Assembly: GCA_038234235.1 (NCBI GenBank)
Contig: JBBSUQ010000001.1
Coordinates: 1 to 41,817, forward strand
DNA length: 41,817 nt
From: Flavobacteriales bacterium
Lineage (GTDB): Bacteria; Bacteroidota; Bacteroidia; Flavobacteriales_D; Crocinitomicaceae
Direction: 5' to 3'
The notes below the pieces were generated by a model. The model was not told the origin of the DNA and did no database searches. It worked only from the letters and a program-made list of their open reading frames with translations. Below, in pieces: positions 9,856 to 17,508 of this stretch. The translations under genes were made by a program, and so were the position numbers. The first letter of the stretch is position 1. Every line of letters starts with the position of its first letter.

Positions 9856-9886
9856 GGGGTCCAAAGATAGGAATTAAAATTTAAAT

Positions 9887-12559
9887 CTATAACATCACAC
9901 TTCCTAACCAACGTTCCATTTCTTCAAAAGACTTGTTTTTTCTATCTGCAATGTCTTTAACTTGCTCTTCATTTATCTTTCCTAAACCAAAATATTTACT
10001 ATCGGGATGGGCAAAATACCAGCCACTCACTGCTGCCGTAGGAAACATTGCCAAACTTTCTGTTAGTTCTACTCCTGTGTTTTTTGTAGCATCCAAAATT
10101 CTAAATAATCCAACTTTCTCTGTGTGATCTGGGCAAGCTGGATAACCAGGAGCCGGTCTAATGCCTTGATATTGTTCTTTAATTAAATCTTCGTTAGCCA
10201 GCTTTTCATTTTTCCCATAGCCCCAAGCATTTTTTCTTACTTCTTCGTGAAGTTTTTCTGCAAAAGCCTCGGCTAATCTGTCTGCAAGGGCTTTCAGCAT
10301 TATTGCGCTGTAATCGTCATGATCGGCTTCAAATTCTGCAACTTTTTTATCAATTCCTACACCTGTTGTTACTACAAATGCCCCAATATAATCGATCAAT
10401 CCAGAATCTTTAGGTGCTATAAAATCGCTTAATGCATGGTGCGGAACTCCAGCTGCTTTTTTAGTTTGTTGCCTAAGTGCATGTTGAATATTAATGATTT
10501 CGGATCTGTTTTCATCAGAGTAAATTTCTATATCGTCTCCTACAGAATTTGCTGGAAACAAGCCATAAACAGCGTTTGCAGTAAGCCATTTTTCAGAAAT
10601 AATTTCATTCAGCATTTTTTTGGCATCTGCAAATAATTTTGTTGCAGCGTCACCAACAATTTCATCATTTAATATGTTTGGATAACGACCTGCGAGTTCC
10701 CAAGTCTGGAAAAATGGAGTCCAGTCAAGGTAATTTTCCAACTCACGCATGTCGTAATCTTCAATAACCTTAATTCCTAATTGTTGAGGTTTAGTTATTG
10801 TTGTGGCATCAAAAACCAGGTTTAATTTTTTTTCTCTCGCACTTTCTAAATTAAGCAAGGTTTTTGCATTTTTATTTTTTTCATGGTGCACGCGTAGTTT
10901 TTCATAATCGGCTTTTATCCCTTTTATAAACGCTTCTTTTTTAGGTCCTAATAAACTTTCAACAACCGTTACACTTCTCGAAGCATCTAAAACATGAATT
11001 GCCTGATCATTGGTGAAGTGCTGATCTATTTTTACTGCTGTGTGTACTCTAGAAGTTGTAGCACCGCCAATCATAAGTGGAATATTCATATTAGATCGTT
11101 GCATTTCTTTTGCCACGGTAACCATTTCATCCAAAGAAGGAGTTATCAAACCACTAAGTCCAATTACATCTACATTTTCTTCAATTGCAGTTTTAATAAT
11201 TTTATCGAACGGAACCATAACGCCTAAGTCAATAACTTCATAATTATTGCAACCCAACACAACTCCTACAATGTTTTTACCGATATCATGAACGTCACCT
11301 TTAACGGTTGCCATTAATATTTTTCCGCTAGATTTTCTGCCACCGCCTTCTTTTTCATCTTCAATATATGGCAACAAAACTGCTACGGCTTTTTTCATTA
11401 CACGAGCAGATTTTACAACTTGTGGCAAAAACATTTTTCCGCTTCCAAATAAATCTCCCACGATATTCATTCCGTCCATTAATGGACCTTCAATAACTTC
11501 TATTGGTCTGGCATATTTTAATCTGCATTCTTCTGTATCTGCTTCAACAAACTCTACCAAACCTTTTACCAAAGCGTGTGATAATCTTTCTTCAACAGAA
11601 GTATTTCTCCATGATAAATCTTGCTCTTTCTTCTTACCGTCGCCTTTTACAGTTTCGGCTAATTCTAGTAAACGTTCGGTGGCATCATCTCTTCTGTTCA
11701 ACAAAACATCTTCTACATGTTCTAGCAAATTGGCGTCAATATCAGAATAAACTTCAAGCATTGTCGGGTTAACAATTCCCATGTCCATTCCATGTTTTAT
11801 TCCATGGTAAAGAAAAGCGGAATGCATTGCCTCGCGCACTAAATTATTGCCTCTAAAGGAGAAGGAGACATTTGAAACTCCACCACTGACATGCGCTCCA
11901 GGCAAATTTTCTCTTATCCATTTGGTAGCTCTGAAAAAATCAACAGCATTGTTATTGTGTTCTTCCATTCCTGTTGCAACAGGAAATATATTGGGATCAA
12001 AAATTATATCGTGCTTGTCAAATTTTACTTCATTCACTAAAATATCATAAGATTTCTTACAAATTTCTATGCGTCGTTCGTAGGAATCTGCTTGTCCATC
12101 TTCATCAAAAGCCATTACAATTACTGCTGCTCCGTATCGTTTAACCAATTTTGCTTGTTTCACAAAAGTGTCTTTTCCTTCTTTGAGAGAAATTGAATTC
12201 ACAACACCTTTTCCCTGAACGCATTTTAATCCAGCTTCAATTATTTCCCATTTAGAACTGTCTATCATTATTGGAACTCGACAAATATCTGGTTCGGAAG
12301 CTATAAGATTTAAAAACCTAACCATAGCTTCTTTGCCATCAATCATTCCTTCATCCATATTCACATCGATGATTTGTGCTCCATTTTCTACCTGATCACG
12401 TGCAACTGCGAGTGCAGCTTCGAAATCATCGGCTTTAATCATGCGTAAAAATGCAGCTGAACCTGTAACATTTGTACGTTCACCAATATTTACAAAATTG
12501 CTTTCAGGCGTTACAAATAACGGTTCTAATCCTGATAATTTTAAAGTTACATTTTCCAT
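9887..12559 (-). CDS. metH: Methionine synthase, large subunit: pterin-binding, cap, cobalamin-binding and AdoMet-reactivation domains
   Basis: 890 aa. Motifs [29 protein letters not shown], the B12 motif [11 protein letters not shown], and C-terminal PGYPACPDH are all collinear with E. coli MetH residues from about 350 to the end. Confidence 0.95.
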   Translation of the reverse strand: MENVTLKLSGLEPLFVTPESNFVNIGERTNVTGSAAFLRMIKADDFEAALAVARDQVENGAQIIDVNMDEGMIDGKEAMVRFLNLIASEPDICRVPIMIDSSKWEIIEAGLKCVQGKGVVNSISLKEGKDTFVKQAKLVKRYGAAVIVMAFDEDGQADSYERRIEICKKSYDILVNEVKFDKHDIIFDPNIFPVATGMEEHNNNAVDFFRATKWIRENLPGAHVSGGVSNVSFSFRGNNLVREAMHSAFLYHGIKHGMDMGIVNPTMLEVYSDIDANLLEHVEDVLLNRRDDATERLLELAETVKGDGKKKEQDLSWRNTSVEERLSHALVKGLVEFVEADTEECRLKYARPIEVIEGPLMDGMNIVGDLFGSGKMFLPQVVKSARVMKKAVAVLLPYIEDEKEGGGRKSSGKILMATVKGDVHDIGKNIVGVVLGCNNYEVIDLGVMVPFDKIIKTAIEENVDVIGLSGLITPSLDEMVTVAKEMQRSNMNIPLMIGGATTSRVHTAVKIDQHFTNDQAIHVLDASRSVTVVESLLGPKKEAFIKGIKADYEKLRVHHEKNKNAKTLLNLESAREKKLNLVFDATTITKPQQLGIKVIEDYDMRELENYLDWTPFFQTWELAGRYPNILNDEIVGDAATKLFADAKKMLNEIISEKWLTANAVYGLFPANSVGDDIEIYSDENRSEIINIQHALRQQTKKAAGVPHHALSDFIAPKDSGLIDYIGAFVVTTGVGIDKKVAEFEADHDDYSAIMLKALADRLAEAFAEKLHEEVRKNAWGYGKNEKLANEDLIKEQYQGIRPAPGYPACPDHTEKVGLFRILDATKNTGVELTESLAMFPTAAVSGWYFAHPDSKYFGLGKINEEQVKDIADRKNKSFEEMERWLGSVML

Positions 12560-13561
12560 TTATTCAAATTGGGGTATTTTTCGGGGAGAATAATTTTTTA
12601 CTAAATCTGCTATTGCTTTTATATGATCTGGAGTTGTACCGCAACAGCCACCAATTATATTTACTAGACCTTCATCTAAAAATTCTTTTATTTGTTCGGC
12701 CATCATTTCAGGTGTTTCATCGTATTCTCCAAATGCATTTGGAAGTCCGGCATTGGGATGTGCACTTACACCAAAAGGTGCATTTTTATTTAGTATTTGC
12801 AAATACGGACGCATCATCGAAGCTCCTAAGGCACAGTTTAAACCAATAGAAAGAAGAGGAATATGGGACATTGAAATTAAAAAAGCATCAGTAGTTTGAC
12901 CAGTAAGTGTTCGGCCACTTTGATCTGTTATTGTGCCAGAAACCATTATTGGAAGAATTGATTTTCTATCTTCAAAAACTTCATCAATTGCAAACAAAGC
13001 AGCTTTGGCATTTAATGTGTCGAAAACTGTTTCAACTAATAGAATATCTACACCTCCATCCATTAGTGCGTTCACTTGTTGCTTGTAAGCAATTACCAAT
13101 GTGTCAAAAGTTACGCCTCTAAATCCTGGATCGTTTACATCAGGAGAAATTGATGCAGTTCTGTTTGTTGGTCCAATAGAACCTGCTACAAATCTTGGTT
13201 TTTCGGGTTCTCTTGCTGTAAATTCATCGGCAACTTCTCGGGCAATTTTAGCAGATTGAAAATTAATATCGTAAACGGCATGTTCCAAACCATAATCTGC
13301 TTGGGCAATTGTGGTTCCAGAAAATGTATTTGTTTCAGCAATATCTGCACCTGCTTCGAAATATTGTTTGTGAATATCTTTTATGATTTCTGGCCTAGTA
13401 AGCGAAAGTAAATCATTGTTTCCTTTTAAAGAAGAATCATGATTTTCAAACCAACCTTTGCGAAAATCTTCTTCTTCGAGCTTATGACGCTGAATCATTG
13501 TTCCCATGGCGCCATCGAGAACTAAAATGCGCTTTTCTAAAATATTTTTAATTGTATTCAT
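12560..13561 (-). CDS. Homocysteine S-methyltransferase domain protein (the N-terminal module of MetH encoded as a separate ORF)
   Basis: 333 aa. Motifs [29 protein letters not shown] and [11 protein letters not shown] (zinc-binding cysteines). Its TAA stop (12562-12560) directly abuts the metH ATG (12559-12557). Confidence 0.95.
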   Translation of the reverse strand: MNTIKNILEKRILVLDGAMGTMIQRHKLEEEDFRKGWFENHDSSLKGNNDLLSLTRPEIIKDIHKQYFEAGADIAETNTFSGTTIAQADYGLEHAVYDINFQSAKIAREVADEFTAREPEKPRFVAGSIGPTNRTASISPDVNDPGFRGVTFDTLVIAYKQQVNALMDGGVDILLVETVFDTLNAKAALFAIDEVFEDRKSILPIMVSGTITDQSGRTLTGQTTDAFLISMSHIPLLSIGLNCALGASMMRPYLQILNKNAPFGVSAHPNAGLPNAFGEYDETPEMMAEQIKEFLDEGLVNIIGGCCGTTPDHIKAIADLVKNYSPRKIPQFE

Positions 13562-13624
13562 ATTGTATAAAACTATTATCGAAAAATAAATTATTATACA
13601 GACAGTGAGAGAAATCTCCTGATT

Positions 13625-13739
13625 AACTTATCTTTTCTATTCTCAAAAAGAGAACAAATCGGAATTGGCACCTTCTTGTTTTTCAACACAGGTTGCCAAG
13701 GTTTCTTTGGGCCAGTCCCTCCACCTTTCTGTATAAGTT
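13625..13739 (-). promoter_or_regulatory. SAM-I (S-box) riboswitch in the 5' leader of the methionine synthase operon
   Basis: Minus-strand RNA: ACUUAUACAGAAAGGUGGAGGGACUGGCCCAAAGAAACCUUGGCAACCUGUGUUGAAAAACAAGAAGGUGCCAAUUCCGAUUUGUUCUC...AGAAAAGAUAAGUU. It carries the invariant S-box core (GGUGGAGGGACUGGCCC, GAAACC, GGCAACC, GGUGCCAAUUCC) and P1 pairing CUUAU/AUAAG. Confidence 0.9.
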
Positions 13740-13758
13740 TATTTTAATGAACGAGGTA

Positions 13759-13766
13759 CAAAGTTA
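13759..13766 (-). promoter_or_regulatory. Candidate -7 box (TAACTTTG) driving the riboswitch and metH operon
   Basis: TAnnTTTG match on the minus strand about 20 nt upstream of the P1 helix. Confidence 0.35.
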
Positions 13767-13819
13767 GTTAGAACTTGCGAAGTTGCAAAGTTTATTGTTT
13801 TTTTGTGTAAAGAAAACAC

Positions 13820-14164
13820 ATGAATTTAATAAGATCTATTGGTTTTGCATTGGAAGGATTGAAAACCATGCTTTTGAAGGAGAGAAATTTTAAAATACAT
13901 TGTGTTGCCTTTATCTGCGTTTGTATTTTCAGTGCAACTTTAAGAATTACCAATTTAGAATGGATTGCTGTTTTGCTTGCTTCAGGTTTGGTTTTGGCAT
14001 CAGAAATGTTCAACACTGCGATAGAAAAGCTTTGCAATTTATATAGTTCTGAAAAAATGCCACAAATTAAAATCATAAAAGATGTTGCTGCAGCTTGTGT
14101 ACTTCTCAGTTGTGTTTTAGCAGTAGTTATAGCATTCCTTATTTTCCCAAAATATCTTGCATAA
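13820..14164 (+). CDS. dgkA: Diacylglycerol kinase / undecaprenol kinase family protein
   Basis: 114 aa, 3 TM segments. The motif ASEMFNTAIEKL matches the DgkA E-x-x-N-(S/T)-A-I-E signature. Confidence 0.85.
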   Translation: MNLIRSIGFALEGLKTMLLKERNFKIHCVAFICVCIFSATLRITNLEWIAVLLASGLVLASEMFNTAIEKLCNLYSSEKMPQIKIIKDVAAACVLLSCVLAVVIAFLIFPKYLA

Positions 14165-14168
14165 AAAA

Positions 14169-14191
14169 AGCGACCAATGTCGCTATTTTTT
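14169..14191 (+). terminator. Rho-independent terminator after dgkA
   Basis: Stem AGCGAC/GTCGCT with loop CAAT, followed by ATTTTTT. An A-run precedes it, so it may act in both directions. Confidence 0.7.
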
Positions 14192-14485
14192 AATTGTTTG
14201 AAGTTTTTAAGGGAACCTTCTAAAATTAGTTCCTGTCGTTGTATTTTTTTAAAGTTTGGCGATGAAAAGAAGACGAATTTGCTTGCGTTTGAGTTTTGTT
14301 TGAATGTTTGTTTTTTTGTTTTTTCGATTGTTCTTCTAAATCACCTATTAACTGTTCTGCTCAATGTAATTCAAAAGTGTTACCAAATAGTTAAAGTGTT
14401 GATTATTATTTTAATAATTTAAAAATTAGTCAGTTTTAGGAAAATAAATTGTGGTAAAAAATACCCAACTGTGAAAATTCTACCA

Positions 14486-14869
14486 CTAAAAACGATATCC
14501 TAAACTAGCCAATGAATTTTGAAGTACTGCTTTTGAGAGAGGTTTTGAAAGAAAAATAGATGCACCCAACTTCAATCCTTTTTCTGTATCTTCGGGAGTA
14601 TTGAATGCACTGATCATTATAACTTTTGTTTGATTATTGCTACGTTTCTTAATTTCCGGAATGAGATCGTAACCTAATCCGTCACCTAAACTTAAATCGA
14701 AAATTGCCAAATCGTAAACGGCATTTTCAATTTGTTTTAAGCCATCTTTGAAAGAATTGGCAATATCAATCGTGGAAGGTATAATTTTAGAGATATTAAT
14801 TTTAAGTAAGAAACTTAAATCTATTTCATCGTCAACTATCAATACTCTTTGTAAATTCATTTTGTTCAC
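14486..14869 (-). CDS. Stand-alone response-regulator receiver (CheY-like) protein
   Basis: VLIVDDE acidic pocket, phosphoacceptor region LAIFDLSLGDG, and VIMISAF...SKP. No output domain. The start may be the ATG at 14860 rather than the GTG at 14869. Confidence 0.85.
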   Translation of the reverse strand: MNKMNLQRVLIVDDEIDLSFLLKINISKIIPSTIDIANSFKDGLKQIENAVYDLAIFDLSLGDGLGYDLIPEIKKRSNNQTKVIMISAFNTPEDTEKGLKLGASIFLSKPLSKAVLQNSLASLGYRF

Positions 14870-14971
14870 TCTTTAATCGAGTAAAGTAAATGATAATAGA
14901 CGTTGGTTATTTTTCTTTAAATATTTTTAACGATTGTCGGATTTTTTCTAAAAGTTATAAAAAATGTTTAT

Positions 14972-15451
14972 TTAAATGTCTTTGCGAGATTCTAATACAG
15001 CATTTTCCATATTTTTCATGTATGCTTGCATTTTGTTAAGAATTGCCTCATCTTGAGCAGCCAATATTCTTACTGCTAAAAGTCCTGCATTTTTTGCAGC
15101 ATTCAATGCAACAGTTGCCACAGGAATTCCATTGGGCATTTGTAAAATTGATAAAATACTATCCCAACCATCAATAGAATTACTTGATTTAATAGGCACG
15201 CCAATTACAGGAAGAGGAGTGAGGCTTGCTGTCATGCCCGGTAAATGTGCAGCACCTCCAGCACCAGCTATTATTACGGAAAAACCATTCTCGTGCGCGC
15301 TAGAGGCAAATTCAAACATTAATTTTGGTGTGCGGTGTGCTGATACAACTGAAATTTCATATTCTATTTCAAATTCTTTCAAGATTGTTGCTGCTTCTTG
15401 CATTATCGGTAAATCCGATTTGCTGCCCATTATGATTGCCACTTTCGCCAT
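14972..15451 (-). CDS. purE: 5-(carboxyamino)imidazole ribonucleotide mutase (class I PurE)
   Basis: 159 aa. Motifs [14 protein letters not shown] and [11 protein letters not shown]. Confidence 0.95.
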   Translation of the reverse strand: MAKVAIIMGSKSDLPIMQEAATILKEFEIEYEISVVSAHRTPKLMFEFASSAHENGFSVIIAGAGGAAHLPGMTASLTPLPVIGVPIKSSNSIDGWDSILSILQMPNGIPVATVALNAAKNAGLLAVRILAAQDEAILNKMQAYMKNMENAVLESRKDI

Positions 15452-15467
15452 AGAAAATAAGTTTTGA

Positions 15468-15475
15468 CAAAAATA
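15468..15475 (-). promoter_or_regulatory. Candidate -7 box (TATTTTTG) for purE
   Basis: TAnnTTTG match on the minus strand about 17-24 nt upstream of the purE ATG. Confidence 0.35.
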
Positions 15476-15525
15476 AACTTTTTATTTTGGTTTTGAGGGT
15501 CTCTATTTTGTATCAGAGTGTAAAT

Positions 15526-17061
15526 TTATCCAGCCAATACCTTTCCTCTTTTTAGCAAATCGAGTTTATTTTCCATCCATTTAATTAAATCAAAGTACTC
15601 AAATGCTGCTGCTTCTTTTGGATTAGATTTTAAGGTTGTAAGTTTGAGATGAAAATTTTCCAAAATTTCTTCTAAATCAAATTTATTCTTCGATGCCATG
15701 AAACAACTAATCATTTGCAGGAAGATGTCTTCGTATTCATATATTTTGTTTTTCCTTTTTAAGGCTCGTTTCACATTTTGCAAGCCATAACTTACCAAAT
15801 CTTTTTTGCCGGATTCAAAGTTTATTAGGAGATCCAATAAGAGACTGTGGTAATACAAATCTTCTTTTTTATCAAAATCATCGAAGGCAAATAACTTTTT
15901 AATATGAAAAGAGGCCTTTTTATATTCATGAAGCATGGTGTAAACTACACTTATTTGATAATGGAAAAAAATAAGTCTTGTGAAACTTAGTTTTGAACTG
16001 TAATTTTTTAGGTTTTCTTTTATTTCTTCTATTAATGCAAGCGTTTGAGTTTCATTTCCTTTTTTAATTGCCAAACTTAACTCTGCACTTATTAAACTGC
16101 TGAAAATTTTGATGTTTAAATCTTCATTGGCTGTTTTGTTTAATTCTTTTCTGATGTTACGCGTTTTTAAAAGTACATCGTTTATTTCCGTTACGTTTCC
16201 TATTTTTTCTGTCAAGTGCATACAGTTTGCCAATACGCCAATATAATTACTTTGGTTTTCTGATATATTTTGTGGATTATTTTCAAACAGGTTAACGTTA
16301 CTGTTGATGTATTTTAGACTTTGATCAAACTCCGACAATGAATAATAACACGCACTTAATATATGATTAAAAAGATATTCGGCTTCAAAATGCAAGACTT
16401 GATTTTTCGTAAGGTCTTTTGTATTGTTTATAATTTCTGTTATTTCTAAAATATCATCTTTGCTTCGAGAAAGGCTGTTTTTATTTAAACGTATAAATAT
16501 TTTACTTTTAATTGACCACAGTTCGTTGTATAAGTCTATCTGCTTTGAAATTTTTAGATCATCAGCTAAAATTTTATCTATTTTTTGATTGTCTGTATTT
16601 AAATAATTTTCAGTTTCAATTAGTTTCTTTGAACGTTTTAAAATTTCCTGAGTAACATGAAAAGCGTCATATTTTGCAGCAATTTTCTCTGCACTTTTCA
16701 AAATTTTATTACATTGAGCGTATAATGATTTAGTGTATAAAATATCAAAAGAATTAAGCATCTTATAAAGATTGGCCTCAACTGAATTTTGTTGGTGGTA
16801 TTGATCTAAACTCGAGAGTATAGCATCATAAAGTCTTTTTTTTGATATTGAGAGTCTATTTATAAATGCTTCTTTCTTAAAATTATTTTTAAGTTGGGTT
16901 TCGTTATATTCAGCTGATTTTTCCAGATAATCAAACAAGGCCAGGTAATTGTTTTGTTCGCCAATGGTATGTTGAGAACTGCGCAATTTAAAATAGCGTT
17001 TTTCAGATTTTGAAAGATTCAATATCAATTCATGTAAGGGATCTGTTGAAATTTTAGACAT
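15526..17061 (-). CDS. Large cytoplasmic, probably all-helical (TPR-like) protein of unknown function (511 aa)
   Basis: Long ATG-initiated ORF with no signal peptide or TM segment. Lys/Glu/Leu/Asn-rich with a helical-repeat character. No catalytic motif recognised. Confidence 0.7.
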   Translation of the reverse strand: MSKISTDPLHELILNLSKSEKRYFKLRSSQHTIGEQNNYLALFDYLEKSAEYNETQLKNNFKKEAFINRLSISKKRLYDAILSSLDQYHQQNSVEANLYKMLNSFDILYTKSLYAQCNKILKSAEKIAAKYDAFHVTQEILKRSKKLIETENYLNTDNQKIDKILADDLKISKQIDLYNELWSIKSKIFIRLNKNSLSRSKDDILEITEIINNTKDLTKNQVLHFEAEYLFNHILSACYYSLSEFDQSLKYINSNVNLFENNPQNISENQSNYIGVLANCMHLTEKIGNVTEINDVLLKTRNIRKELNKTANEDLNIKIFSSLISAELSLAIKKGNETQTLALIEEIKENLKNYSSKLSFTRLIFFHYQISVVYTMLHEYKKASFHIKKLFAFDDFDKKEDLYYHSLLLDLLINFESGKKDLVSYGLQNVKRALKRKNKIYEYEDIFLQMISCFMASKNKFDLEEILENFHLKLTTLKSNPKEAAAFEYFDLIKWMENKLDLLKRGKVLAG

Positions 17062-17165
17062 TTATATATGATTTGAGATTTAAATATTTCTAAAAATATA
17101 GTAATAATATTTACTGGAGGTTAAATTAATATTTGAAATGTATGGAATATTGATTTATTGGGCAT

Positions 17166-17188
17166 AAAAAAACCCGAATGAATCGGGT
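17166..17188 (-). terminator. Rho-independent terminator after the 17217-17456 gene
   Basis: Minus strand: ACCCGA-uucau-UCGGGU followed by UUUUUUU. Confidence 0.7.
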
Positions 17189-17216
17189 AATATATTTTTA
17201 TATTATAATTGTCTTG

Positions 17217-17456
17217 TTATTTTTTTCCTTTCCCAGTCTTGTGAATGTCTTCATCGTCATTAGGATCAGTTATACCACTTCCTCCTGGATTTCCAGATTC
17301 ATCATCAGAACCACCATTGTCGGAACCTCTCATGATTGCTGTAGATGAATGAGCTGAATCTCCACAATCCACATTGTTCGGACGAATAACCTCTTTCTTA
17401 CAAGAAGCTAAGAAAAGCGCCATAAAAACTGAAAATATGAATATTAAACGTTTCAT
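17217..17456 (-). CDS. Small lipoprotein (79 aa) with a Gly/Asp/Ser-rich mature region
   Basis: MKRLIFIFSVFMALFLAS/C lipobox, ATG start, and its own terminator. Confidence 0.55.
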   Translation of the reverse strand: MKRLIFIFSVFMALFLASCKKEVIRPNNVDCGDSAHSSTAIMRGSDNGGSDDESGNPGGSGITDPNDDEDIHKTGKGKK

Positions 17457-17508
17457 CTGTTATTATATATTACTCACAAATATAAATCAAGTTTTCCATA
17501 AAACCAAA

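Noticed and set aside
12557-12562. Interpreting the MetH split as a nonsense mutation or pseudogene
   Set aside because: The break is exactly at a domain linker, an ATG immediately follows the stop, and both parts keep their catalytic motifs. This is consistent with a functional two-ORF arrangement.
12472-12849. 125-aa plus-strand ORF, plus similar plus-strand ORFs at 9933-10127, 10436-10636, 10994-11243, 11503-11772, 11847-12050 and 12907-13122
   Set aside because: All of them are antisense to the strongly supported methionine synthase genes. They have low-complexity, Leu/Phe/Ile-rich translations typical of the reverse frame of AT-rich coding DNA.
13792-14076. 94-aa minus-strand ORF overlapping dgkA
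   Set aside because: It is antisense to dgkA, which carries the family signature EMFNTAIE, and it would run through the riboswitch promoter region.
14177-14422. 81-aa ORF in the gap between dgkA and the receiver gene
   Set aside because: It starts inside the dgkA terminator hairpin. Its translation is a hydrophobic low-complexity string derived from T/G-rich DNA. There is no support for coding.
15132-15467. 111-aa plus-strand ORF
   Set aside because: It lies entirely antisense to purE, whose motifs are unambiguous. It is a shadow ORF.
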